Shown here: positions 8,167 through 18,413 of the stretch, piece after piece
Numbering within the stretch: the stretch's first letter is position 1
How the letters are laid out: each line of letters opens with the position of its first letter
Sequence record: MW845759.1
Length of the DNA stretch: 64,000 nucleotides
Direction: 5' to 3' (one strand)
Translations under genes and position numbers: made by a program
The notes under the pieces: model-generated
Told to the model about the DNA's origin: nothing
Database searches by the model: none
What the model saw: the letters and a program-made list of their open reading frames with translations, nothing else

Positions 8167-9174
8167 GTGAACTTCCAGCAACAACGGCCCTCTGCATCTA
8201 CGACGATATTACCGTCTTACCAACCGTTCACCCGAACGGTGGTCTATGAGAATCGGACAGGTTTTCCGATTACTGCCAGTCAGGCTCATGGTGAGTACGT
8301 GGTTATTCAACCGTTGAATGAACAAGTGCCCAAGATGGAGTTTAGCGTCTATGTACACTACCATGCGAGAACAGAAGCAAATCTCGCAGGGTTAAAGGGG
8401 GCCTTAACCGATACTGAGTATAGTTTGGTTAGGGACGGAATCGTAGAACGAGGTTATGCCACGTTGAAGTATAGCGTGACTGATTTCTCTGCCTTCGCTT
8501 CGGAAGAGGGTATTCATCTTCCAGCAATTGGGGTGGCATTGGTAAAAGGGGTGATGACAAATCACGTCTTTCCAAAGGACAAACCAAATGTGAGCGAAAC
8601 GTCAGGCAGTTCCCATTTACAGATTGCAGTAAGTGTGGTAACTGACCAAGCTCTACGGACAGAACGAAAGTACATTCGATTTCTCTCTAGCGTGATTGAG
8701 GTACAACCTCAGGTGAGTTCAGTTTACGAACCGGGTGTGTACATCATGATTAATCCTAACGGGCCCAAGCCCATTATGGAGTTCTTTGCACTTGGGGACA
8801 AGCGTTGTCCATTCCAAGTGTTCCCTAGCCGAGCACAGGCCGAAGCATTTGAGTGGGCTGACAGTTCACCTGAATACCTTGGCATGTTAAAAGAGCAAAT
8901 CGCTCGGGATAGGATACTGTTAGATAAGGAGGCTAATGAGAAACGCAACGAGTTGGAAATCGCACATAGAGCACAACTCGATGACCTTGCGCTAAAGAAA
9001 GAAGAGATGAGCATGGAACGTAAGGAGCGTGAGTACGAATTCAAAACGCGCCTAGAACAACAGAAGGCGTATTACGAAGAACGTTCATACGCACGAAAGG
9101 ACTCTTCAGAGCTGCTGAAGTGGCTACCTGCATTAATAACAGGAGCGGCAGCATTGTTTGGATTTTTAGCTTAG
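8167..9174 (+). CDS. conserved hypothetical protein with C-terminal coiled coil and hydrophobic tail
   Basis: GTG start after AGAGG; E/K/R-rich helix followed by LLKWLPALITGAAALFGFLA. Confidence 0.8.
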   Translation: MNFQQQRPSASTTILPSYQPFTRTVVYENRTGFPITASQAHGEYVVIQPLNEQVPKMEFSVYVHYHARTEANLAGLKGALTDTEYSLVRDGIVERGYATLKYSVTDFSAFASEEGIHLPAIGVALVKGVMTNHVFPKDKPNVSETSGSSHLQIAVSVVTDQALRTERKYIRFLSSVIEVQPQVSSVYEPGVYIMINPNGPKPIMEFFALGDKRCPFQVFPSRAQAEAFEWADSSPEYLGMLKEQIARDRILLDKEANEKRNELEIAHRAQLDDLALKKEEMSMERKEREYEFKTRLEQQKAYYEERSYARKDSSELLKWLPALITGAAALFGFLA

Positions 9175-9184
9175 CGAGGCAATA

Positions 9185-10960
9185 ATGTTTAAGGACGCAA
9201 TCGACTTGTTGGTGTCCTCGGGGGACGTTCCTAAGTTTAATAAAGCAATTGCGGAAGGCGTAGGCTTTACGCAAGCTAAGGACGGTATCCATAAACGAGT
9301 ACACTCAATCCTTAAGCGAGAGCTCGTCCACAGCAGTGATAACCCCAAACTTCCCGAGGGTTTGGAGTACGTAGGGCTACGACATATGTCGCCGCTGGAA
9401 ACCTACGTCTTTAGCCTGAAAGATGACAGTAATAAGAAGTCGCGTCGACGCGGTGTTGCCATCTCCCCATCGGATAAATACATGGTGGCGTTGGAATTTA
9501 AAGTGCCGGGTGTCGGACAGTCGGTGTGGCGTCAGTTGTTCTTACCGTTCATCCGCCGTGGCGGTTTTATGAATTCATGGGGTACGCTGTATCACGTGGC
9601 ACCGGTTATCCATACGCCGGGTATCTGTCGTGAGCACGGTGGGCTGTTCATTAACTTTGACTTCACTCGTAAGGTGACATTGCAGTTCTGTGACCGAACC
9701 GTAAAAGTGCTGGTCAATGGGCGTGAAGAGCAACTATTCATTCCTGGATCTTCTACCATCTACGGAGGTAAAGGGGCAGGGGGTGCAGAGAACGGTCCGA
9801 AAGCATTGCCGTATTGGATCTTTGGTAAGTACGGATTTACCGAAGGCATCAAACGCATGACGGGCGCAAACGTATTCATCTATCCAGCGCATCGTGTACA
9901 CGAGTTGGATTTGACGAAATACGTGGTGATTCAGTCTGGTGAGCGTACGCACTCACGTGACATTCAGTACGTGTTGGTTACGGATGCAGCCACTATGCCA
10001 TCGTCGACACGTGGCGGTTGGACTGAAGAAGAACACGTTCTACTGGTAATGTGCGCCGCATTCTTCCGGGCAGCACACTTCTATGCCGGTAAGCGTATCG
10101 GACGACGTGGAGGCGGTCGTGAATTGGCACCATTATTCACACGCTTAGAAATCGAAGCCGAAGCAGAAGATTTGGCGAACTTAGACGCTCCGGATACATG
10201 GAAGGAGATTCTGGGACGTAGCCTGCTGGGGAATAAACCGACGGACATCGATGTGCTCCGCAGTATGGAGACCCACTTCTCCGAATGTGAACGTTATTTG
10301 ACATCGCAGTTCCGCGGTGAGCTGATGATTACCGACCCGGAGATTAAGCCGGACATTGACTTCTTCGAATTCTTGTTCTACATCGTGAAGTTAATGACGC
10401 GTACTCGTCTGACCCGCCAACGTGATATCTCGTCAATGTATGGTAAGCGACTGACAGTGACGGATTATCTGTTGTTGGGGAACAATGGATTTACTGCAAC
10501 CATTTCGAAGCTGCGTTGGCGTCTCGAAGGGTTGGATAAATTCAACAGTAATGGTGAACGTGCAAACCTCGGTAAAGTGATTACCGACCAGTTGAACCGG
10601 AACATTATCGCTAATCTCGTTCAGCGTGCTGAGTCGAGCAATGGTGGTATCAGTACCTTCAACGCGTCCACCGAGTCGTTAGTGTTGGCAATTTCCACGC
10701 ATGCTATCTCGCAAACGGAAACGGATGTGAAGAAAGGCGGGAGTGGTAAGTCAGTTAACTTGAGCGACAAAACGAAACAAGTAAGTGCGTCCATGGCGGA
10801 ATGCGGTAACGTGTATTACGTACCGAAGTCTGCACCGTTTAAGTACAACATGCTGAACACTTACATGAAAACCACACCTACGCTGGTGATGGTGCCTAAC
10901 CCGAAACTGCGTCCAGTAATTTCGGCAATTGAAAACGATTTGGCCAAAATCGGTAATTAA
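9185..10960 (+). CDS. non-virion RNA polymerase beta-like subunit (phiKZ gp123-like)
   Basis: GLEYVGLRHMSP, LFLPF, YHVAPV and SSMYGKRL motifs recalled from phiKZ-like nvRNAP beta N-half; synteny with the capsid gene. Confidence 0.75.
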   Translation: MFKDAIDLLVSSGDVPKFNKAIAEGVGFTQAKDGIHKRVHSILKRELVHSSDNPKLPEGLEYVGLRHMSPLETYVFSLKDDSNKKSRRRGVAISPSDKYMVALEFKVPGVGQSVWRQLFLPFIRRGGFMNSWGTLYHVAPVIHTPGICREHGGLFINFDFTRKVTLQFCDRTVKVLVNGREEQLFIPGSSTIYGGKGAGGAENGPKALPYWIFGKYGFTEGIKRMTGANVFIYPAHRVHELDLTKYVVIQSGERTHSRDIQYVLVTDAATMPSSTRGGWTEEEHVLLVMCAAFFRAAHFYAGKRIGRRGGGRELAPLFTRLEIEAEAEDLANLDAPDTWKEILGRSLLGNKPTDIDVLRSMETHFSECERYLTSQFRGELMITDPEIKPDIDFFEFLFYIVKLMTRTRLTRQRDISSMYGKRLTVTDYLLLGNNGFTATISKLRWRLEGLDKFNSNGERANLGKVITDQLNRNIIANLVQRAESSNGGISTFNASTESLVLAISTHAISQTETDVKKGGSGKSVNLSDKTKQVSASMAECGNVYYVPKSAPFKYNMLNTYMKTTPTLVMVPNPKLRPVISAIENDLAKIGN

Positions 10961-10990
10961 TACACAAAAACATAATGGAGTAATCAAGAC

Positions 10991-12538
10991 ATGTCTACTA
11001 TTACAGCTCAGAACCTGAAAGAACTGCTTGGCGCTGCACAGAACGGTAACCCGCGTCTGAAAACAATTATCGAAGGTGCTAACGCAAAAGGCGTTAACAT
11101 GGATAATGCAGCCAAAGCAGCCATCATTGTTGCGAACTTAATGTTTGCACAGAACAGTCCAGCGAACGTCGTATCTGCTGCTACAGTGCGTACCTTCGAA
11201 GCCGTACTGTATCTTGACCTGTCTCAGGCAAGTGGTGTGCAGTTAGATGCAGCGACTCATAACGAGCTGGTCAACAACCGTCAGCAAGCGTTGGACTTTG
11301 TGCAGAAGCAACAAAACGGTGGGGGTAATCCGTTCACGTCTGGCGGTGGGAACAGTTCAAACAACCCGTTCCTGAGCAATAACAGTAATGCCGGCAACAG
11401 CAACAATCCGTTCCTGTCTAACAACAATGCTAGTCAGGGCAGCACCAACGATAACCCATTCTTGGGCACCACGTCTACCTCGGTCGCCTCTGAAGGGGAA
11501 AACATCTTTACCTCCGCGCCAACGGCACCTGCTCAGCCTGCGGCACCTGCAAAACCTGCCGAGCCTGTTGTTGCTCAGCCGGTGAACCTCAAATCACTTA
11601 AGGCGGCATCCTCAATGGAAACGTATCAGGACCACGAGCTTACGGTCGATTATACTTCCGTAGCACAACCTCCGCGTAAGACCAACGAAACCCTGAAACA
11701 GTTTAAGCTGACAGGTGACTGGGCTACGCGTGTAACTGAAGCGCTGGACGACGGCAAAGTCATTATCAACTTTGACGATGCAGAAGTGCTGGGCAAGCTG
11801 ATGGTTGAGCGTCGTACCTTTAGCGGCTTCAACGACCAGACCAAATCAGAGTTCGACAACTGGTTGGTTAAACACGGCCAGCAGATTTCCGATCTCGAAG
11901 GGCTGCAGGAAGAAGATGACATTCAGGTTATCATGAAGAAAGTCAACGGCACCGTTGCTGCTCTGCGTGATAATGCGATGGCATACTTCCGCCACGTTGA
12001 AGAAGCCGGCGTGCCGTCTACCGTGAAGATGGATGTCTCCGCGTTGATCGCAAGCTACCTGAATCGTCTGGAAGAGCTGGTGCTGTCTGGTTTCCGTATT
12101 GGCTCCAACCAATGCCAGACCCCTGACGGTCGCAGCTTCAGCATTAAGAACACGATCGCTGACCTGGCTGACTTTGCCGACAGTGTGTTTAACCACTACT
12201 GCGACAATAACGGCGTGTGCTTAGAACCGGATTACTTCCGTGAGCTGTTCCTGAGCGTTGCTGCCCAGCTGAAGAAACTGCGCCTGAAAGTGCAGGACGG
12301 CGGTGAGGTAGATGTCGAATTCGTTACCTTCGAAATCGTTACTGCCGGTAACTACACCAACTACGATAAAGAAAACGTCGTAACTGTGAACTCCTTCGGC
12401 CCGCTGGCAGAAGTATTAAGTTCCATCTACGAAGTCATCGCAGAAAAGATCCCGTATGCGTCTGTTACGGTACAACTGCCAACCGGTAACATCGAGCTGC
12501 TCCAGTCTCTGGACTTGGGTGCGCCGATTCGTTACTAA
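10991..12538 (+). CDS. hypothetical protein with N/S/G-rich NPF-repeat disordered linker
   Basis: 515 aa; four NPF motifs and a P/A-rich linker; GGAG RBS. Confidence 0.85.
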   Translation: MSTITAQNLKELLGAAQNGNPRLKTIIEGANAKGVNMDNAAKAAIIVANLMFAQNSPANVVSAATVRTFEAVLYLDLSQASGVQLDAATHNELVNNRQQALDFVQKQQNGGGNPFTSGGGNSSNNPFLSNNSNAGNSNNPFLSNNNASQGSTNDNPFLGTTSTSVASEGENIFTSAPTAPAQPAAPAKPAEPVVAQPVNLKSLKAASSMETYQDHELTVDYTSVAQPPRKTNETLKQFKLTGDWATRVTEALDDGKVIINFDDAEVLGKLMVERRTFSGFNDQTKSEFDNWLVKHGQQISDLEGLQEEDDIQVIMKKVNGTVAALRDNAMAYFRHVEEAGVPSTVKMDVSALIASYLNRLEELVLSGFRIGSNQCQTPDGRSFSIKNTIADLADFADSVFNHYCDNNGVCLEPDYFRELFLSVAAQLKKLRLKVQDGGEVDVEFVTFEIVTAGNYTNYDKENVVTVNSFGPLAEVLSSIYEVIAEKIPYASVTVQLPTGNIELLQSLDLGAPIRY

Positions 12539-12556
12539 TTAATCGTAGTGAAATGG

Positions 12557-12591
12557 CCCCACTGTCTTCGGACGGTGGGGTTTTATTTTTT
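12557..12591 (+). terminator. intrinsic terminator (UUCG loop)
   Basis: ccccactgtc-ttcg-gacggtgggg plus T tract. Confidence 0.8.
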
Positions 12592-12606
12592 GAGTGGAGT
12601 AGACAA

Positions 12607-12873
12607 ATGTTTGAAGTAAATATTTACAGTCGTGAAGGAAAAAATGTACTGAACGTCAGCCTTACTGTGGGTGCAGATGCAACTCGTGAAGTGGTCAAAG
12701 CTTTCAATAAATCGAAGGTATACCACATGTACAATAAGCAGAAAACTATTCGCTTTACTTACGTGAAACAGGAACTGCTCGCGGCCGTGAAAGATTCCCT
12801 TATCGGCGACATGTATCCGGTTATTGAAGCTTTAGATGAAGACGAAAACTTCATTGGCTGCGATTACCTGTAG
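12607..12873 (+). CDS. hypothetical protein
   Basis: GGAG RBS before ATG 12607. Confidence 0.7.
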   Translation: MFEVNIYSREGKNVLNVSLTVGADATREVVKAFNKSKVYHMYNKQKTIRFTYVKQELLAAVKDSLIGDMYPVIEALDEDENFIGCDYL

Positions 12874-12874
12874 C

Positions 12875-12926
12875 AAAAAAAGATAAAGAGATACACCCCC
12901 TTATCGGAGGTGTATTCTTTTTTTTG
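12875..12926. terminator. bidirectional terminator
   Basis: A tract - agatacacc...ggtgtattct - T tract between convergent genes. Confidence 0.7.
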
Positions 12927-12933
12927 TTTCGGA

Positions 12934-15675
12934 TTAGAATTTCAGGTCTGGGTCAGTCACATCATCTTCCCCATCGCCGCCTGTTCCATCTCCACCTGCA
13001 CCGTCGCCACCGCCCGCATTATCATCAACGTTGTCAGCGTTGTCGTCTAATGAGTTATCATCGGCGTTGTCGTCCATGTTATCATCCGTATTATCGTCGA
13101 GATTCAGGTCATCGTCCCCACCGGCGTTCAAGTCGTCATCACCGCCCGCGTTGTCATCAAGACCTGCGTCGTCTGAACCACCACTGTTGTCACCAAAGCC
13201 CATGCCGTCACCCCCGTTCTGGTCGGTACCTGCTGCTTTCGCAACAGTCTCAACCTTCCCGCTTGCTTTCTTAGCGACGCTAAGGAAGAACTGGGCCACT
13301 TTCTGAGTCTCATCAGTAATGGTCTTAACCACATCTGCACGCTGCTCTTCATCGAACAAGTCAAAGAATTCAGATTCAATACCGTTGTTCTTCAGCCAGT
13401 TACGCAGGTAGTAGTTCTTCACCATTGCCTTGAGATCGTCAGGCTGCATGACGATGTTGTTTTCTGACAGCAATGCCGACAAGTCTTCAGACATCACCGT
13501 ATCTGCAATCTTCTCAATGAACTCGACACGTTTGTCGAACTGCTCCATCTGAGAGGATGCCGCAGAAGTATCCGGTGGCGGTAGAGTTACCACAAGACCC
13601 TCAGTGAAGCGGCGAACCATTTCACTAATCTCAGGCATCAATTTCTCGATGTCCATGTCTTGCTTCTGAGCCTTGTAGAACTCGACAACTTCCTGCAACA
13701 AATCCGCCTGCAGTTTTGGCGACGCGGTAATCATCGTCTGACAATACTGAGTGATAGGCTTAGAAAGCTGTTCCTGCTTCTTGGTCACCTGCTGGGTAGT
13801 AATCAGGGACTTCGAATAAATCTGACTGGCGAACTCGAGGTTCTCAGGCGTCAATACGAGGTCTGGGTCAACGCCGGCAATCGCACACGTACGACGTAAC
13901 AGCTTATCATCCAGCTCTGCATCGGGCTCTTTATAGTCCGGGGTGTTATCCGACACTGACACTTTGTGAGAGGCGTAGTGGTCGTTACCTTCAACGTTGA
14001 ACGAGATACCGGCGTTCGTGGCGTTAGAGAAGGTGTCGTTCATGTCACCCCACATCGGCATACGACGGGCGTAGGAGTTAATGATATCCGATTTAATACG
14101 GTCTACTGACTCCTGCGGGTTCATGTCGTCCGGAGACAACTGAATGTCGTACTGCAGATGACGCGCTGAGTTCAGGATAGCGGTGTTCATACCTGCAAAC
14201 AGCAAGGACATGCGAATAGTCGAAATAACGAAAGAACGCTCAGTAATGGAAACACCAATACCGTCTTCGTTAAAGTCGGTTGCAAAGTACGGCATGTTCT
14301 CAAACGGAACGTACAGTACCTGTGTGTGCTCTTTCGCCAAATGGCGGCCCAGCATCACACGCCCGAAGTCTTCACTGACATTGACGGATACATCACCACC
14401 ACCCAATGCCACGGAAATCATCCGTGACATCTGGTCTTCTGCCAGTTCACCGTAGCGGGCAATCAGTTTGTTTGCAATGTCCGGAGACACGCTGCCCTGA
14501 TTACCTAAATTAAGGCTTGCACGGTTCACAATCGAGTCCACCTGACCGTCGTTGGTCAGATAGTTCATAAAGGTGGCGTCGCCGTAGATAGAAGACTTGG
14601 AGCTAACGAAGTTACCGATATCATCCAGAATCAACAACCAACCAATTGGATTTCTTACGTCGCCGGCCAATACTACGGGCAACGCACACTCAGGCGGAAC
14701 GCGACGGCGAATAGGCTCAAGGCGGTTTTTCTGCCCGAACGTAATCAGTGGCGCTTCTTTATAAGTGTTGATATCAAACTGACGATCGTATTTCGGGTTT
14801 AAATCCGCACCAGAGATGAGTTTCTTTTCATCCGCCTGGCCTTGCAGGAGATTACCGCCGCTTGGTTCGTTCAGCGTGCCTGCCGCACCATTATATGACG
14901 GCACGCCCATCTGCTTGCGCATCGCGCCACGGGCGCTCTCTGTTGCTAAACGGCGACGGAAGGCAGCAAGCTGAGTAATTTGCGGGTTGTCCGTAATCGT
15001 TATTTTTTGGGTCGCCAGTTCATCTTTGAACAGCGAATCCAGTTTCAGATTAAACTCCTGTGGTGCATTCGACGCGGCAGTCACGTTGAGAATGGACTCC
15101 AGGCCAACCAGCTTTTTGTCTGGGTTAATGTTGCGAAGGATACCGAGTTGTCCTTCGAACGTACCTTTAAGTTTGTTGCGGAAGGATTCCTGTGCCACCT
15201 GCTCGCTGAGGTTAAACATCTCATCGAAGCCGGAGTCAGATGTAATCAGAATCGGAGTGGCTCCTTTAGAACGCTGTGCGTCATAAAGCCACTCGTACAG
15301 ATTACGGGGAAGTCCGTCCACATCATTAAAGAAGTCACGCGCGACGCGAGTCATCGCGGTACGTAAATCAAGCGGTACTTCATCGTCAACACAATCGTAC
15401 ACCAGTGACGTGGTCACGAGGTCTTTGGTTGACAAGAGTGACGAGGTGGAGATAGTTACAATGGTCTCCAGCTCAGGCAAGGCGTCGAATATCTTTTCGG
15501 CATTACGAATGGCGCGAATACGCGAGCCTGCCAAACTCACCAACTCACCACGGGTCGGCGTTACGCCACCCTGGTCACGTTGGCCACGTCGCTGTTGCGG
15601 CGCTGGGCTCGTAGTCTTTCTCAGTATAGCGCTCATCGATTCGTCTTGCGCTGTTAATTTCTTTAAATCGTCCAT
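12934..15675 (-). CDS. portal protein (phiKZ gp129-like) with acidic C-terminal tail
   Basis: About 913 aa from MDDLKK (RBS TGGAG); P.LE.....SS.LS.KDL, P.E..LPV and P.PD motifs recalled from phiKZ-like portals; minus-strand position divergent from a gp128-like gene. Confidence 0.75.
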   Translation of the reverse strand: MDDLKKLTAQDESMSAILRKTTSPAPQQRRGQRDQGGVTPTRGELVSLAGSRIRAIRNAEKIFDALPELETIVTISTSSLLSTKDLVTTSLVYDCVDDEVPLDLRTAMTRVARDFFNDVDGLPRNLYEWLYDAQRSKGATPILITSDSGFDEMFNLSEQVAQESFRNKLKGTFEGQLGILRNINPDKKLVGLESILNVTAASNAPQEFNLKLDSLFKDELATQKITITDNPQITQLAAFRRRLATESARGAMRKQMGVPSYNGAAGTLNEPSGGNLLQGQADEKKLISGADLNPKYDRQFDINTYKEAPLITFGQKNRLEPIRRRVPPECALPVVLAGDVRNPIGWLLILDDIGNFVSSKSSIYGDATFMNYLTNDGQVDSIVNRASLNLGNQGSVSPDIANKLIARYGELAEDQMSRMISVALGGGDVSVNVSEDFGRVMLGRHLAKEHTQVLYVPFENMPYFATDFNEDGIGVSITERSFVISTIRMSLLFAGMNTAILNSARHLQYDIQLSPDDMNPQESVDRIKSDIINSYARRMPMWGDMNDTFSNATNAGISFNVEGNDHYASHKVSVSDNTPDYKEPDAELDDKLLRRTCAIAGVDPDLVLTPENLEFASQIYSKSLITTQQVTKKQEQLSKPITQYCQTMITASPKLQADLLQEVVEFYKAQKQDMDIEKLMPEISEMVRRFTEGLVVTLPPPDTSAASSQMEQFDKRVEFIEKIADTVMSEDLSALLSENNIVMQPDDLKAMVKNYYLRNWLKNNGIESEFFDLFDEEQRADVVKTITDETQKVAQFFLSVAKKASGKVETVAKAAGTDQNGGDGMGFGDNSGGSDDAGLDDNAGGDDDLNAGGDDDLNLDDNTDDNMDDNADDNSLDDNADNVDDNAGGGDGAGGDGTGGDGEDDVTDPDLKF

Positions 15676-15690
15676 CCGGAGTTGTCTCCA

Positions 15691-17862
15691 ATGCAAAGAT
15701 ACAATATATTCGTTGGGCAATGTATTGACTTGGCAGACTCAATGATTATTAAATCAGAGGCAATTGCCGATGCCATGAACAGGCCCCTAGTGGAGGCGGG
15801 TAAACCCGTCCCCGTGGACAAGTCTCAATGGCGTTATTATCAACATCTTGCCGGTCAGCGGTTGAACACCGACAGTCCGGTGATGATAACGTCACTGGAT
15901 GATCAGAAGTCAATTGAGTTAACGGTTGAGAACCTTGCTCGCCATAAGAAGACTTCTAATGTGTATCGCGCCAATCCAAGCTACATCACGGCCTTGGTGT
16001 CTGATTACCCTGACATGATTGTCTATATTCGGGCGTGCTTTAATCCGATTCCGTTAGCGGAGTCATTGGCCGCACCTGATTGTACCGTTATGCGGTACTC
16101 CACCAAGTTAATCGAAGAGCAAGAGCAGTCGATTATCAGTGACCTGCAGTTGTGGATTCTGGCCGCCCATCGTCGGTGGATGGCAGAAGGCTGGAAAATC
16201 CATAACGATGCCTTTGAAGCAGCGTTCTATGCTCAGCTGTTCCCTCAGCTGCCCGGGAAGATTATGGAACTGCGCATGGCGCGTTGCCACACCCCGGAAG
16301 TGCATAGCTACCATGTCGAAGAGTTCCTGGCCTCGCACCAGAAGCTCAATGAATTCCTCCCGTACCTGACGCCAGCCCAGAAGTTCACGTTGTACCGCAA
16401 CATCCGTTACTGGGAACGTAACACCGGCAAGCACGATAACTTTACGTGGTTGGTTGACGTGTTCCTGACAGGCTGGAACATGCCGACGGTGGCGTATGAC
16501 GTAGGCCAGCAGATTCACGATGCGTCTGATGACGATAACCTGCGTCCACTGCCGGTAGGCTACAAGGTTCCGTTGAACTTCGACGATATTCAAGGGGGTC
16601 GTGACCTGCAACTGGTGTCGACCACGGAGATTATCAATAAAGAGTACGCACTCGCTGATGAGAACTACCTCTATCAAGAGGAGATGCTCAATGAGTTAAA
16701 CGAGAACCTTTCGTTAACCCAGTACCCTGACCAGCCGACCAAGCTGGTTGAGATTACGGCGATTGACCCGGAAGCGATTGAACGTGACCAGTTGGACATG
16801 ACGCTCTTTAATGAGCTGCTCCATCTGGCGTGCTTAGGCCGTTACAACATCCAACACGAAATCATTAACCCGACCACCGGCGACACCATGCGCATGTCAA
16901 CCAAAGAGTTGATTGCTTTGTTCTTGTTCTCCGCGTTCAAAGGTTACTCCGGCATTGAGCTGGAACATATCCCGATTATGAACTGTCAGGGTGTGTTGAT
17001 TAAGCGCTGGGTGACGGTGGATGAACTGATGGCGTTCTTGCCCGAGTCGTACCCAGGGCGTTGGACACCGACGGTAAACTATTACGTCGATACCCATCAG
17101 GAGATTTACAGTAATCTGTTGAGTGCCGATGAGTTTTATGAAGCGGCGAGCAACATTCTTGCAATGAAGCGCAATCGCTGGAAGTACACGCACAACCGCC
17201 GCCGTGACACGGATACTATCGCAGCACAGCTGCTGTATCAGTATTACTATCGCAGCTACAAGTGCGACTTAAAACTCAACTACGAGGATTACACGCAGTT
17301 CTTTGCGAAGTTTGCAATGGACTACGAAATCATCTCGTCAGAGTCGTGGGCGGATATCGCAGTGGATGCGTTCAACATCCTGACTGCGTATGAAACCAAC
17401 ACATCAGTGACCCAAAGTGAAATCCAGCGTGCGATGGTCCGTCTGTTAACCATGCTGTCGTCGTACACGGTTCACTTTGCCACTCGAATGGCATCTGACT
17501 CCTTTATTGTAACGGAACCCGTTGTAATCAAGCCTGACGAAACCATGATGTCAGCTTCTTTGGGTGAAATTATCATTCAGGAAGCGCTTGAGCCGATTGA
17601 GCGCAACATAAAGGCTCGTGGGAATATTGAAGTCGATTCGCCGATGCCTGACGTGGTCGAGGTGAACATTCCCCAGAACTTTAACTTCTTCTTTAACATG
17701 CGTCCCCGTATCGAGATTGTCGTCGACGCCAAACTGGATGTCGTCATTGAACATCCGTTGGTGCATGCTGACATTACGGAGATTGAGCGTATCTCGTGGG
17801 ATGATAGGCTTCTCGTGGACCGCGTGCTTATAAGAGATAATGGGCCGTACACCGTGCCGTAA
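15691..17862 (+). CDS. virion structural protein (phiKZ gp128-like, probable baseplate)
   Basis: About 723 aa; HSYHVEEFLASH, LYRNIRYWERNTGK and MLSSYTV motifs; synteny with the portal. Confidence 0.7.
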   Translation: MQRYNIFVGQCIDLADSMIIKSEAIADAMNRPLVEAGKPVPVDKSQWRYYQHLAGQRLNTDSPVMITSLDDQKSIELTVENLARHKKTSNVYRANPSYITALVSDYPDMIVYIRACFNPIPLAESLAAPDCTVMRYSTKLIEEQEQSIISDLQLWILAAHRRWMAEGWKIHNDAFEAAFYAQLFPQLPGKIMELRMARCHTPEVHSYHVEEFLASHQKLNEFLPYLTPAQKFTLYRNIRYWERNTGKHDNFTWLVDVFLTGWNMPTVAYDVGQQIHDASDDDNLRPLPVGYKVPLNFDDIQGGRDLQLVSTTEIINKEYALADENYLYQEEMLNELNENLSLTQYPDQPTKLVEITAIDPEAIERDQLDMTLFNELLHLACLGRYNIQHEIINPTTGDTMRMSTKELIALFLFSAFKGYSGIELEHIPIMNCQGVLIKRWVTVDELMAFLPESYPGRWTPTVNYYVDTHQEIYSNLLSADEFYEAASNILAMKRNRWKYTHNRRRDTDTIAAQLLYQYYYRSYKCDLKLNYEDYTQFFAKFAMDYEIISSESWADIAVDAFNILTAYETNTSVTQSEIQRAMVRLLTMLSSYTVHFATRMASDSFIVTEPVVIKPDETMMSASLGEIIIQEALEPIERNIKARGNIEVDSPMPDVVEVNIPQNFNFFFNMRPRIEIVVDAKLDVVIEHPLVHADITEIERISWDDRLLVDRVLIRDNGPYTVP

Positions 17863-17886
17863 CGGTCTAGATTATTGGAGGATTCA

Positions 17887-18402
17887 ATGAGTTACCGCCT
17901 TGACATGACCTTACGTCCTGAGGTCATTCTCCGTTCGTTAGTTAACTATCGCAATAATACTAATTACAAAGAGAACCAACTAATATGGCACCCTAGCGGT
18001 GCTCGCGAATTGGATAAGAAGCGACGTGACACGCTGGTACCCCGCTGTGACACCTACGCCTTAGCTAACTTCGCTCATGGATACATTGGCTCGCGTAACT
18101 TCACTTATCTGCGTGTTGACCTCACGGAAATGTTTGACGGGCAGGTGGCTTATGCCCCTGCTAATGAACACACGGAAACCGACGAGCTTCTGCCGTACAT
18201 CCTTGCTGACCTTGGTGTCAGCTTAACCCGTAAAGACATTGTTCCTCTGCTGATTCCTGAAGACGCAGAAGAAGTAGAAGTCCTGATTGCCCCGCGTCAT
18301 TTGACGTACAAAGGGAAGATTATGGTTTCGTTAACGGGTGGGAAAAAGCGTCTGGTAGAACGCGTATTAATTACTGACGTGGGTGCTTACCCAACTGCTT
18401 AA
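17887..18402 (+). CDS. virion structural protein (putative)
   Basis: GGAGG RBS; RNFTYLRVDL...ILADLGVSL resembles the N-terminal module of the tail paralogs at 52.7-62 kb. Confidence 0.6.
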   Translation: MSYRLDMTLRPEVILRSLVNYRNNTNYKENQLIWHPSGARELDKKRRDTLVPRCDTYALANFAHGYIGSRNFTYLRVDLTEMFDGQVAYAPANEHTETDELLPYILADLGVSLTRKDIVPLLIPEDAEEVEVLIAPRHLTYKGKIMVSLTGGKKRLVERVLITDVGAYPTA

Positions 18403-18413
18403 TGGAGCAATAA

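Noticed and set aside
12924-13274. His/Arg-rich + strand ORF
   Set aside because: Reverse-frame read of the portal's DDN/GGD repeats
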